A stretch of 17,007 nucleotides of DNA, counting the filler, from an uncultured virus (IMG/VR IMGVR_UViG_2061766007_001531) (lineage: Duplodnaviria > Heunggongvirae > Uroviricota > Caudoviricetes). It is 7 parts of one record of this genome, joined end to end, with 100 filler letters (N's around TTAATTAATTAA, not from the genome) between each part and the next. Parts side by side here need not be neighbours in the genome. Positions count along the whole stretch, not along the records: positions 1 to 667 come from IMGVR_UViG_2061766007_001531; positions 768 to 2,362 come from IMGVR_UViG_2061766007_001531; positions 2,463 to 4,111 come from IMGVR_UViG_2061766007_001531; positions 4,212 to 11,780 come from IMGVR_UViG_2061766007_001531; 3 more parts are not named here. One strand, 5' to 3'. The position numbers and the translations under genes were made by a program. The notes under the pieces were generated by a model that saw nothing but the letters and a program-made list of their open reading frames with translations, was not told the DNA's origin and did not search any database. Positions 1-10,918 of the stretch are shown one piece after another. The stretch's first letter is position 1; each line of letters begins with the position of its first letter.

Positions 1-24
1 GGACGTACTATTACAATAGGATAA
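1..24 (+). CDS. 3' end of upstream virion structural gene (GRTITIG*)
   Basis: Frame 1 reads GRTITIG-TAA, resembling the GGKTATIG motif near the end of the next gene. The stop overlaps the next gene's AGGAGG RBS. Confidence 0.55.
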   Translation, partial: GRTITIG

Positions 25-36
25 GGAGGAGATTAT

Positions 37-654
37 ATGGCAAATAATACTTATGTAAATAAGGTTATATTTGGCGGTGATACGTTAATTAACCTTGAGA
101 ATGATGATGTTACTCGCGCCGATGTAATGAATGGCAAGTATTTCCATTTACCATCTGGTGAACGTACTACTGGTACTAATACATATGATGCTGATACTAG
201 TGATGCAGACGCTAGCACGGATGATATCTTGAGCGGGAAAACCGCATATAAGAATGGTTCCAAGTTAACTGGTACAATGACTAATTAGGGTGAGAAGCAC
301 TTGACTATTAGCGCGAGGGATACAGAGGTTACTATTCCTAGCGGATATCATGATGGCTCTGGTGGCGCTGGATTAGGGTCTGCTGATAAGTCCGCGCTAA
401 TTTCTACAAATATACGTAAGGATGTTACTATTCTTGGTATTACAGGTAGTATGACTGGTAGTGAGGATGTGAAGGAGACTAGCGCATCTTTAACTCCATA
501 CACTACTTCATAGACCATTTACCCTGCAGATTTGGGTAATTATAATAGTTTTAGTGTAGTAACTGTTAGCGCGATTGCGTACACTGAGACTGATAATAAT
601 GCGGGTGGGAAGACCGCTACCATAGGAACAGTAGCTCCAAGTACAGCCACTTAA
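37..654 (+). CDS. Phage tail/structural protein, 205 aa, read through two TAG (Gln) codons
   Basis: RBS AAGGAGGAG, then ATG 37. ORFs 37-288 and 301-513 share a frame and continue to TAA 654, with TAG at 286 and 511. Motifs DILSGKTAYKNG.KLTGTM, TIPSGYHDGSG and TPYTTS(Q)TILP are typical of Firmicutes phage tail-associated proteins. Confidence 0.85.
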
Positions 655-711
655 GGTGGTGATTGATNNNNNNNNNNNNNNNNNNNNNNNNNNNNNNNNN
701 NNNNNNNNNNN

Positions 712-723
712 TTAATTAATTAA
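712..723. other. Artificial scaffold linker TTAATTAATTAA (also at 2407, 4156, 11825, 13783, 14888)
   Basis: The identical 12-mer places stops in all six frames and always sits centred in roughly 44 N + 44 N. Confidence 0.95.
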
Positions 724-768
724 NNNNNNNNNNNNNNNNNNNNNNNNNNNNNNNNNNNNNNNNNNNNT

Positions 769-2004
769 TGCCGTGCTTTAAAATAGATATTAGGATTAGA
801 AAATTTTTATACTAATAATTTAACAAGTTTAGATAGTATTTTTAATGAATGTAATTCATTAAGTGATTTATCTGGAATTACAAANNNNNNNNNNNNNNNN
901 NNNNNNNNNTAGCAAAGATGTTTTATGATTGCTTTAGTATTAAAACACTAGATTTAAGTAACTGGAACGTAGGTAAGATAACAAATGTATAGAATACTTT
1001 TTATTATTGTCATTCTTTAGAAAGGATTTATTTTCCAAAAGTTTAGACAGCTACTATAAGTGGTTCAATGAACTCTATGTTTTCTTGTTGTTATAATTTA
1101 CAGGAAATTGATCTTAATTGGATTAAACCAATTACTAACGCAGTAACTAATATAGGATATTTATGTTATAACTGCCGTTCTATTACAGAGTTAAATTTCC
1201 CTGAAGGTTGGGACGTGACCGGATGTACTGGTTCAGATTCATGTCTCAGAATATTTAGTGATTGTTATAGATTAGAGAGGGTTACTGGTATATCCAATTG
1301 GGATATGTCTAATTATAACTATTCAATGGCATATCAATTTGAATATGATATATCTTTAAAAGAACTAGATATAAAAAATTGGTGTCCACATCCCACAACA
1401 ATGTATTAGGCATTTTATCATTGTGATGCATTAGAAGAAGTAGATTTAACTGGATGGCATTGGGAAAATATGACAGGTACATCCTTAGCATCCACTTTTG
1501 NNNNNNNNNNNNNNNNNNNNNNNNNNNNNNNNNNCTACTTGCGCGAACATGTTTACAAATTGTTGGAGCTTAACTTCTATTCCAGATATTAGTGGATGGG
1601 ATATGTCAAAAGTCACAAGTTGCAATAGTATGTTTTATAATTGNNNNNNNNNNNNNNNNNNTTGGTCTTTACCAAAATGTACCAATATGACTAATATGTT
1701 CCGTTATTGTTATAATATGCGTGAATTAGAATTAACAGGATGGACCATATCCGGCCTCACAACCGCGCCAGATGATATATTTGCCGGATTGTGGAATTTA
1801 AGTAAATGTAGTGGTCTTCCAATAGGACTTAATCACAGTTATAGAGAAAATTGGTCTTTGCCAGAATCACAATGGGAACGCATATTTACTCAATTACCAA
1901 CTGTTTCTGGTAAAACATTACGTATTTCTACCAACAACTTAAATCGTATATCAGCAACTACAAAAGCTATCGCCACCAATAAAGGTTGGACGTTAGCTGA
2001 TTAA
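769..2004 (+). CDS. BspA/DUF285-like leucine-rich-repeat surface/tail protein (5' part in gap; TAG read-through)
   Basis: Recurrent MF..C.SL..LDLS.W repeats (e.g. MFYDCFSIKTLDLSNWNV, MFTNCWSLTSIPDISGWDMSKV). C-terminus is IATNKGWTLAD-TAA. Several in-frame TAGs, e.g. 784 and 1407. Confidence 0.85.
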
Positions 2005-2015
2005 GGAGGTACACT

Positions 2016-2362
2016 ATGGGAAACTTAGGAAAAATAGTTTATTTAAGTGAAGCACAAAAAGATACACTATTTTCTAGCGGTAGTGTTACCTCTGATGGCA
2101 CTACTGTTACATATAGTGATAATGATTTATATATAACTCCAGATACTTCTATTAGCGATGTATAGGTTAATGGGACAAGTGTTGTTACTAACCATATAGC
2201 TAATATATAGAATATATAGACTATTAGTGGAACTACACCCAATATTACCGCAACCGCGGGCATGTAGTATATTTGCGGTGAATGTAGCACCTTATCAGTT
2301 ACTTTGCCCGCAAGCGGTCGCGTTAATATATTATTTACTAGCGGTAGCACGCCTACGGCTTT
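2016..2362 (+). CDS. Phage structural/tail protein, 3' truncated by gap (4 in-frame TAG)
   Basis: RBS AAGGAGGT, ATG 2016: MGNLGKIVYLSEAQK...SDV(Q)VNGTSVV...GM(Q)YICGECSTLSVTLPASG. TAG at 2163, 2208, 2217 and 2265. Missed by the ORF track. Confidence 0.75.
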
Positions 2363-2463
2363 NNNNNNNNNNNNNNNNNNNNNNNNNNNNNNNNNNNNNN
2401 NNNNNNTTAATTAATTAANNNNNNNNNNNNNNNNNNNNNNNNNNNNNNNNNNNNNNNNNNNNT

Positions 2464-2562
2464 AATTTATCAGACATTACCGCGCATATTGAGTCTGTAA
2501 ATGAATACTTTAATGGCGAAAGAATAATGACAAATATAAATATGAGATTTGATTTTGAATAA
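2464..2562 (+). CDS. C-terminal fragment of hypothetical protein
   Basis: NLSDITAHIESVNEYFNGERIMTNINMRFDFE-TAA, followed by the RBS GGAGGTGA of the next gene. Confidence 0.55.
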   Translation, partial: NLSDITAHIESVNEYFNGERIMTNINMRFDFE

Positions 2563-2589
2563 ATTTAATTGGAGGTGAANNNNNNNNNN

Positions 2590-4111
2590 AATTTTAATTT
2601 AACATCTTATTATGCTAAGCGCGTTATAGGTGATGCTTCTACGTCTGCTTCTAACTCAGCTTTATTGTAGAGTGGTACATCTAGTATTAACGATCATGAC
2701 ACATGGATATTCTATGATGATTACTATGATGAAGGCGCGGTATATACAGATCGTAAATTAGAATTACATTAGGACACTACCTCTTCAGATGAAACTACAG
2801 TATATGCTACTATAAATACTGGAGATACTTACATAAAAGGTAAAGTAGGCATAGGCATTGAGCCCGATAACTATAAATTACAGGTTGAAGGTATAACTAG
2901 AATAGATGCAAGTTTACATATATTTCCAACTTCAGCAGATGATAATTATAATTAGGGTATGCGTATTCATGCTAATAGTGATTGGGCTTTATTAATGTTA
3001 TGTGATTCGACTATAACCGGAGATAGCGGGACTGGCGCAAAAACCTGGTTAGTTGGAAATAAAAATGGTAATCTTTATCTTACTAAAAATGGATCCAATG
3101 ATGCAACCAAAAATAATTTTAGTTGTATTAATTATCTTACAACTGCGGATGACGTTACCACTGATTATGGAAATTATTGGAGACTTCATAGCGGATTAAA
3201 AACTTCAATAGATGGAGTAATGCGTAGCGCTCTATATTTATATGGAGATGTTTATGGAAATGCTAATTAGTTAATTAGCAATACTTCTGGATATTTTTCT
3301 TATGGCGATGGTGGTCCTTAGATTATCTTCGGAGCTAATTCAAATTCACCTTATGACGGACAATTAGGTTCCATTATATTTACTGATTATGATACCGCAG
3401 GCTCTGGTGTAAGTTGGAATTTTGTATCTAACCAAACTGACTGGGTTGTCACTAGTAAACGTTTTCATGCCAGAACCTCTGTCACGGTACGCGATTCTGC
3501 AGCGAAAGTTGCGATAGATTCTATTAGTGATGAAGCCATGCTTGGATTAGGTTATCTTGAATTAGCAAGAGCTACTCCATATATTGATTTTCATTAGGGT
3601 AATTCTTCCGCTGATTATACATATAGAATTATAAATTAGAGTGATGAGTTATAGATCGGTACGACACTCGGTTCATTATGGTTAACATTAGGAACATCTA
3701 CCACCTCTATGAGTAATATAGGTATGAAACTCGCATATGGTGGTGGATTATATATGAATAATACAACGTGGTTAAGAACATATAATAGTAAGCCATTATT
3801 AATTGATATAGGTACTAATAATGCTTATGGTATAAGCGGGCATAGATTAAATTTAGTTCTTCAAGCTAAAGCACATTCCTCATTNNNNNNNNNNNNNNNN
3901 NNNNNNGCGGATGCTAGTGGTTATGTTATGTATGGTTTTTGTGTCAATCAAAATGGTAACTGGTATTTTGGTACAAGAACTAATAATAGTTTTACCAGTA
4001 CATCTAATGATAGTTACTTAATATATGGTAGTACAACTTTTATCGCGCCGTCTTCTAGTAATACTATTAATTTAGGTGGCACTAGTAATGGATGGAAAAA
4101 TTTATATATTG
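2590..4111 (+). CDS. Tail fibre / receptor-binding protein, N-terminal and central part (start in small gap; TAG read-through)
   Basis: RBS GGAGGTGA at 2571. Frame 1 stays open apart from TAGs and joins ORFs 2959-3270 and 3709-4167. Fibre motifs include GKVGIG, YKLQVEG, TPYIDFH, YMNNTTWLR and NLGGTSNGWKNLY. Confidence 0.8.
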
Positions 4112-4212
4112 NNNNNNNNNNNNNNNNNNNNNNNNNNNNNNNNNNNNNNNNNNNNTTAATTAATTAANNNNNNNNNNNNNNNNNNNNNNNNNNNNNNNNN
4201 NNNNNNNNNNNA

Positions 4213-4575
4213 GTTGCAGGTGCAAAAGTAATATCTGATACATTTGGGTGCTCCGTAGGATAGTCAGATAAAGCGCAAACTCCTCTTGGCGTGGCGGGCC
4301 GTGTATTAGTCTATACCTATCAAAATCGTAATAACTTTAAAGTTGGAGATGCTNNNNNNNNNNNNNNNNNNNNNNNNNNNNNNNCGGTAGATATTATGAC
4401 CCGTGAAGAAATTATATATTATCCAGATAGAATAATTGGTACTGTAGACGAAATACCCGAATATGAAGTTTGGGATTCAGTTTTGACTAATAAAAATGAA
4501 GCAACTGGAGAAATAGGAGAACAAAATCATACTTCTATTCCAGTTAACGGACGTATTTGGATTTATGTCCGCTAA
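4213..4575 (+). CDS. Tail fibre C-terminus resembling an intramolecular chaperone / peptidase G2-like autocleavage domain
   Basis: VISDTFGCSVG(Q)SDKAQTPLGVAGRVLVY...MTREEIIYYPDRIIGTVDEIPEYEVW...VNGRIWIYVR-TAA, a recognisable tail-fibre C-terminal motif. Probably the same gene as 2590-4111 across the scaffold join. Confidence 0.7.
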
Positions 4576-4578
4576 TAC

Positions 4579-4607
4579 TTGACTTTTACATAAAATTATG
4601 ATATAAT
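4579..4607 (+). promoter_or_regulatory. Consensus sigma70/sigmaA promoter with extended -10
   Basis: TTGACT (4579-4584), 17-nt spacer containing TG at the extended -10 position, TATAAT (4602-4607). Confidence 0.85.
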
Positions 4608-4611
4608 ACAT

Positions 4612-4693
4612 TTATAGTAACAGATCGCTGCCTCGCGCCGACCTATTACTATAAGCATAAAGGGTTGCCTAATACGCACCCTTTATTTTTTTT
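4612..4693 (+). ncRNA. Candidate ~80-nt small RNA
   Basis: Starts just after the promoter. Long imperfect hairpin TTATAGTAA(4612-4620)/TTACTATAA(4646-4654), then a terminator. No ORF or RBS. Confidence 0.55.
4658..4693 (+). terminator. Rho-independent terminator
   Basis: TAAAGGGT(T)GC-loop-GCACCCTTTA followed by a T8 run. Confidence 0.8.
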
Positions 4694-4893
4694 ACTCATT
4701 TAGAAAAAATATCCATCACTCTTACCTTCTATCGCTACTATAATTATGATAGAGAAAGGAACTTTTTTATTTATAACAAAATCGTGAAATAATAACGCTA
4801 ACTAGCGGCCGTAAGTTCCTTATCCATAGGATTTGATAGTATAAATAATTAAGGTTCATTTCACTGTTAATAATTTATATTGGAGTGATCGTT

Positions 4894-5496
4894 ATGGGAG
4901 AAAATGGATTAACTGCTTCTGATGTTGCTCTAATGAGCCGTGACGGCGATGGATTCGGAAACGGCTGGGGCGGAATGNNNNNNNNNNGCGGTGGCTTTAA
5001 TTGGGGCGGAAATGGCGCTCAGCAGTATGCCACTCGCGATCAAGTATAGAATGGTTTCGACACTCAAAATCTACAAGCACAAACTCGTGACATTTTAGCC
5101 GCGGTAAACGCAGCTTCAATGGCGGGNNNNNNNNNNNNNNNNNNNNNNNNNNNNNNNNNNNNNNNNNNNTATGGTGAATTACAACGTGATGTTGCTGGTT
5201 TAGCGGTCGGTCAAGCTAATTTATTAGCTAATCAGAATGAATGCTGTGGCGGACTTACTCGTCAGCTAATGCAGAATAATTATGACGCTGCTATGCGTGA
5301 CGCCGCAACTAATGCCAACTTTACCGCTCAAATCCAGAGCATTAAAGATCTAATGGCACAAGATAAGATTGAGGCTATGCAGAATCGTATTAATTAGTTA
5401 GAACTCCAAAATGCACTTCAGGGTGTTGTAAGATATCCAAATGGTTGGACTTACAATGCAGGTAATTCTCCTTTCTGTGGAGGATGCAATATGTAA
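4894..5496 (+). CDS. Conserved phage hypothetical protein (Gly/Trp-rich N-terminus, Gln-rich coiled coil, Cys motifs)
   Basis: RBS GGAGTGA, ATG 4894: MGENGLTASDVALM..GFGNGWGG..ATRDQV(Q)NGFD..NECCGG..NRIN(Q)LELQNALQGVVRYP..FCGGCNM-TAA. TAG at 5047 and 5395. Confidence 0.85.
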
Positions 5497-5528
5497 TTAA
5501 GAGTGTATTAAGTACACCAATATTATAT

Positions 5529-5559
5529 AGGGACGTACTTAGTACGTCCCTCTTTTTTT
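5529..5559 (+). terminator. Rho-independent terminator
   Basis: Perfect inverted repeat AGGGACGTACT-T-AGTACGTCCCT followed by CTTTTTTT. Confidence 0.85.
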
Positions 5560-5577
5560 ATTAAGGAGGTAATTAAT

Positions 5578-5934
5578 ATGTTATAGGTATATTCTTCTAA
5601 TTTAGCAGTTGATGCCAGTGCAGTTTTCCCCTTTAATAATGTTGTTATAGATAAGGGTTGCGGTGAAACCTTAAGTGCTCCCGCAACTATTCAATTAAAT
5701 AAAGCAGGTATTTACTTAGTAGAAATGGATGGATTTGCTACTCCTGACGCGGCTANNNNNNNNNNNNNNNNNNNNNNNNNNNNNNNNNNNNNNNNNNNNN
5801 NNNNNNNNNNNNNNNNNNNNNNNNNNACGCGCGCACATTTGGATTTAAAACCTTTGTACGAGTATTAGAAAACAATTGCCCTTGCAATTGCTTAACAAGT
5901 CCTACTACTCTTCAATTTATGAATGGTGAAACCG
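5578..5934 (+). CDS. Hypothetical beta-sandwich protein (C1q/BclA C-terminal-like), 3' end in gap
   Basis: RBS AAGGAGGT, ATG 5578: ML(Q)VYSSNLAVDASAVFPFNNVVIDKGC...IQLNKAGIYLV...FKTFVRVLENNCPCNC. The third codon is TAG. Fold assignment is an inference from the I.L..AG.Y.V pattern. Confidence 0.7.
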
Positions 5935-6755
5935 NNNNNNNNNNNNNNNNNNNNNNNNNNNNNNNNNNNNNNNNNNNNNNNNNNNNNNNNNNNNNNNNNN
6001 NNNNNNNNNNNNNNNNNNNNNNNNNNNNNNNNNNNNNNNNNNNNNNNNNNNNNNNNNNNNNNNNNNNNNNNNNNNNNNNNNNNNNNNNNNNNNNNNNNNN
6101 NNNNNNNNNNNNNNNNNNNNNNNNNNNNNNNNNNNNNNNNNNNNNNNNNNNNNNNNNNNNNNNNNNNNNNNNNNNNNNNNNNNNNNNNNNNNNNNNNNNN
6201 NNNNNNNNNNNNNNNNNNNNNNNNNNNNNNNNNNNNNNNNNNNNNNNNNNNNNNNNNNNNNNNNNNNNNNNNNNNNNNNNNNNNNNNNNNNNNNNNNNNN
6301 NNNNNNNNNNNNNNNNNNNNNNNNNNNNNNNNNNNNNNNNNNNNNNNNNNNNNNNNNNNNNNNNNNNNNNNNNNNNNNNNNNNNNNNNNNNNNNNNNNNN
6401 NNNNNNNNNNNNNNNNNNNNNNNNNNNNNNNNNNNNNNNNNNNNNNNNNNNNNNNNNNNNNNNNNNNNNNNNNNNNNNNNNNNNNNNNNNNNNNNNNNNN
6501 NNNNNNNNNNNNNNNNNNNNNNNNNNNNNNNNNNNNNNNNNNNNNNNNNNNNNNNNNNNNNNNNNNNNNNNNNNNNNNNNNNNNNNNNNNNNNNNNNNNN
6601 NNNNNNNNNNNNNNNNNNNNNNNNNNNNNNNNNNNNNNNNNNNNNNNNNNNNNNNNNNNNNNNNNNNNNNNNNNNNNNNNNNNNNNNNNNNNNNNNNNNN
6701 NNNNNNNNNNNNNNNNNNNNNNNNNNNNNNNNNNNNNNNNNNNNNNNNNNNNNAT

Positions 6756-7094
6756 AATAAACCAGAAATAATATCTGATACTTGGTATAAGTATACTACC
6801 TAGGATGTAGACACTGGTACTAAATTGCGCGCAATAAAAGAGTTAGTAACCAAATGGGTGGCATGGGAGCGTTCAACTAAAAAGTTATATTAGGAAATGC
6901 AGAATGAATTAATATAGCTTAAAGAATTCGACTCCGCGCGCAAACTAAATGAGTATATACATGATGTAAGCACTGAGCTACATGATGTAGAAAAACTCTT
7001 ACTTAAACTCGAAACAGTCAGCTATGACCCAATATTTATTACAGAGTGGTCTGATGCTTTAAATAAAAAATACAAGAAAAAATTAGGATGGTGA
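6756..7094 (+). CDS. Helical, possibly ferritin-like, phage protein (5' part in gap)
   Basis: NKPEIISDTWYKYTT(Q)DVDTGTK...KWVAWERSTKKLY(Q)EMQNELI(Q)LKEFDSA...IHDVSTEL...KKLGW-TGA. Three in-frame TAGs. The W..WE..T..LY and DV..EL patterns suggest a four-helix bundle. Confidence 0.7.
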
Positions 7095-7099
7095 TTTAA

Positions 7100-7188
7100 G
7101 TGATTAGACTAATATAGAGACGATTGATAATTCCATAGGGAGATACTGGTACTTTCACCATCCCGATGCAAGGCACTATGGAGACAGG
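7100..7188 (+). CDS. N-terminus of phage structural (baseplate-type) protein
   Basis: GTG 7100 after GGATGGTGA: MIRLI(Q)RRLIIP(Q)GDTGTFTIPMQG. The rest lies in an ~850-nt gap. Confidence 0.6.
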
Positions 7189-8036
7189 NNNNNNNNNNNN
7201 NNNNNNNNNNNNNNNNNNNNNNNNNNNNNNNNNNNNNNNNNNNNNNNNNNNNNNNNNNNNNNNNNNNNNNNNNNNNNNNNNNNNNNNNNNNNNNNNNNNN
7301 NNNNNNNNNNNNNNNNNNNNNNNNNNNNNNNNNNNNNNNNNNNNNNNNNNNNNNNNNNNNNNNNNNNNNNNNNNNNNNNNNNNNNNNNNNNNNNNNNNNN
7401 NNNNNNNNNNNNNNNNNNNNNNNNNNNNNNNNNNNNNNNNNNNNNNNNNNNNNNNNNNNNNNNNNNNNNNNNNNNNNNNNNNNNNNNNNNNNNNNNNNNN
7501 NNNNNNNNNNNNNNNNNNNNNNNNNNNNNNNNNNNNNNNNNNNNNNNNNNNNNNNNNNNNNNNNNNNNNNNNNNNNNNNNNNNNNNNNNNNNNNNNNNNN
7601 NNNNNNNNNNNNNNNNNNNNNNNNNNNNNNNNNNNNNNNNNNNNNNNNNNNNNNNNNNNNNNNNNNNNNNNNNNNNNNNNNNNNNNNNNNNNNNNNNNNN
7701 NNNNNNNNNNNNNNNNNNNNNNNNNNNNNNNNNNNNNNNNNNNNNNNNNNNNNNNNNNNNNNNNNNNNNNNNNNNNNNNNNNNNNNNNNNNNNNNNNNNN
7801 NNNNNNNNNNNNNNNNNNNNNNNNNNNNNNNNNNNNNNNNNNNNNNNNNNNNNNNNNNNNNNNNNNNNNNNNNNNNNNNNNNNNNNNNNNNNNNNNNNNN
7901 NNNNNNNNNNNNNNNNNNNNNNNNNNNNNNNNNNNNNNNNNNNNNNNNNNNNNNNNNNNNNNNNNNNNNNNNNNNNNNNNNNNNNNNNNNNNNNNNNNNN
8001 NNNNNNNNNNNNNNNNNNNNNNNNNNNNNNNNNNGT

Positions 8037-8483
8037 GGTTCTACTAAATTAGTAATATCTGATGATCCGGAAGAAGAAACTGACCCAGTTAACTTACGTT
8101 TTCTCTAGTAGGCAATTGCCGAAGCAATACGCAATGCACATCATCTAAAACGCGAAGTGGTTTCTAATTTGCCGGCAGTAGCAAATGCAGATCCAGATAC
8201 ATTATATATGGTTCTAGCTCAATCAGAAGACCATTATGAAGAATATATGGTAATTAATGGAGTTTGGGATATGGTTGGTAGTACTGGTGATGGCGGATCT
8301 GGGGGAGGTATATTTCAATTAGAAGTTGCAACAGAATCTCGTTTAGGTGGCGTTAAAGCCTCTATGCTAGCAGATCAAATTAATGTTACATAGGAAGGAA
8401 TTATGACATTAAATGCAGTGTCAACAAGCAAATTATATGTTCCAATAGGAGATACATTTATTATTTATGGTGGTAGTGCTTAA
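8037..8483 (+). CDS. C-terminal part of tail-associated structural protein
   Basis: ...NLRFL(Q)(Q)AIAEA..HLKREVVSNLP...DTLYMV...YEEYMVINGVWDMVGST...ATESRLGGVK...IIYGGSA-TAA. Tandem TAGTAG at 8106-8111 and TAG at 8391. Confidence 0.75.
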
Positions 8484-8496
8484 GGGGGTGAGTTAA

Positions 8497-10288
8497 ATGG
8501 CGGAACATACAATTGAAACACGAATATTGTTACGTTATGATACCCTATATAATTGGATGAATAGTACTGTAATCCTTAAATAGGGCGAAGCTGCGATCGC
8601 CGCGGCGCCATTTGACTATACTATTGAAGGCACGAATAATCGTCCAGACAATACTCCTCCAGCTGTAGGAATTAAAGTTGGCGATGGCTATCATTATTTC
8701 TCTGAATTACCTTGGGTTCAAGGAGTCGCAGGAGACGTTTATAATTGGGCGAAAGCTCAAACAAAACCTACATATAATGCTAATGAAATATAGGGATTAA
8801 CTACATNNNNNNNNNNNNNNNNNNNNNNNNNNNNNNNNNNNNNNNNNNNNNNNNNNNNNNNNAGCATATAGACTAATTCGTGGTACGGGTGAAGATATTA
8901 ATAAATATTATTTACAATCTAAGGGCGCGAATGATGAAGATTGGGTTACAGATGTATTAAATTACGTTGATTTAAGTGAATTGGCTGCATTATTAACTTG
9001 GATTGGCGATGCCGCTGATTATTGGAATATCACTGGTTTTACAGTAGATAAAGTAAACGAAAGACTGGCATTGTTAAATTATAATGATACCGTTGATCCG
9101 AGTCAAATTATAACTGCAGTAAATTAGACAAATGGCCGTGTTAGCGTTACTAGGGGCCCTATTAATGCTACGTACATTAATGGAGTTTTAGGAACAGAAC
9201 AGGGTGGCACAGGAATGTCGTCTGTCGACGCAAATATGGTTTTAGTCGGCAGTAATTCAGGATTACTTACTACGCGTGAGATTGAAAGCACATTAACTAG
9301 TAATAATAATTTAGCTACTAATCGCGCGATTGTTACTTATATCAATAACGCCACTGCCGGACTTACGGGTGCGATGCATTATATTGGTGAAGCTACAGTA
9401 GAAATTACTAATGGTTCTAATGTTAATCCACGTATTCAAGGTTATAATTTTAATCAAGTACGGCCCGGTGATGTAATTACTTTTGGCTCTTCTGAATACG
9501 TATGGGATGGCTCCTTATGGAATTTAATTGGCGATGAAGGTAGCTATGCTGTAAAAGGATCTATTACTGATAGAGATATATCAGATACTGCTGATATTTC
9601 TTAGAGTAAAATATATAATTTAATTGCCGACTTAGATTCAAAAGTAGATAAAGAAGAAGGAAAAAAACTTTCTTCTAATGATTACACCAATGAAGAAAAA
9701 AATAAATTGGCTGGAATTGAAGACAACGCATAGTGTAACGTTATTGAACACGTATATGTCAATGGTACAGAAGCTTTACCAACCACTGTCAACGGTAAAC
9801 CTAATTCACTAAGCTTACGCGTAAGCGCGTTAACGCCAGAAGAAGAAGAAAAAATTTCAGGGATTGAGCCATACGCACAAGTTAATGCAATAGAACATAT
9901 TTTTCTAAATGGCGCAGAATTAAATATAAGTACGTTTAACAATCTAAAAAAATCAGTAAATATATTGATAAATGAGTTTACTAATGCCGAAAAAGAAAAA
10001 CTTTATAATATTGAAGAGGGGGCANNNNNNNNNNNNNNNNNNNNNNNTGTTGAATGGGCGCCGAATGATGAGAAAGAAGTTAGAATTACATTAGATTAGG
10101 CCGCACTTAATCTTAATGTACTTGAAGGTGCAATAATTCCTGATAATGATACTTTTTAGGAAGTAACACAATTATAGAAAAAATTAGTATTAGCAAGAAT
10201 TGCTGTGACCAGTGATGTAAAAGAATTGGCACAAGAAAATGATACATTTGTGATACTAGATTGTGGTACTAGTACTGATGTAATTTAA
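8497..10288 (+). CDS. Tail fibre protein with Mtd_N / hyaluronidase-N-like N-terminal domain and internal KL.GIE..AQ.N.IE repeats
   Basis: RBS GGGGGTGA, ATG 8497: RILLRYDT..NW...VILK(Q)GE...IKVGDG.H.FSELPW. Also GAMHYIG, KVDKEEGKKLSSNDYT and three repeats. Ends ILDCGTSTDVI-TAA. Many in-frame TAGs and two small gaps. Confidence 0.8.
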
Positions 10289-10299
10289 GGAGGGAGAAC

Positions 10300-10918
10300 A
10301 TGGCTATATCAAATAATATANNNNNNNNNNNNNNNNNNNNNNNNNNNNNNNNNNNNNNNNNNNNNNNNNNNNNNNNNNNNNNNNNNNNNNNNNNNNNNNN
10401 NNNNNNNNNNNNNNTGATACACATGATTATACGCGATTAAAGGTTGGAGATGGTGAAACTAATATTACATTGTTACCATTTATAGATGCAGGATCTATAA
10501 ATGGAGAAAAAACAATAATACAGGAGTATGCAAATTTTTCTTCATTTCCACAACCAGGTTCGCGCAATAAATTATATATANNNNNNNNNNNNNNNNNNNN
10601 NNNNNNNNNNNNNNNNNNNNNNNNNNNNNNNNNNNNNNNNNNNNNNNNNNNNNNNNNNNNNNNNNNNNNNNNNNNNNNNNNNNNNNNNNNNNNNNNNNNN
10701 NNNNNNNNNNNNNNNNNNNNNNNNNNNNNNNNNNNNNNNNNNNNNNNNNNNNNNNNNNNNNNNNNNNNNNNNNNNNNNNNNNNNNNNNNNNNNNNNNNNN
10801 NNNNNNNNNNNNNNNNNNNNNNNNNNNNNNNNNNNNNNNNNNNNNNNNNNNNNNNNTACTAACATACAAAAATGTAAATGCGGTATCTGGATTAGTGATA
10901 GGAGGAAATAATATATGA
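10300..10918 (+). CDS. Second Mtd_N-like tail protein (largely in gaps)
   Basis: RBS AAGGAGGG, ATG 10300. RLKVGDGETNITLLPFIDAG and FSSFPQPGSRNKLYI. Probable end VSGLVIGGNNI-TGA overlapping the next ATG (ATGA). Confidence 0.65.

Noticed and set aside
5919..8047. Long ORFs 5919-6803, 5923-6771 and 7166-8047 (also 10470-11010)
   Set aside because: They consist almost entirely of N and their lengths are artefacts.
8497..10918. Diversity-generating retroelement suggested by Mtd-like domains
   Set aside because: Only the N-terminal Mtd-like motif is seen. No reverse transcriptase or adenine-variant TR/VR repeat pair is visible in the window.
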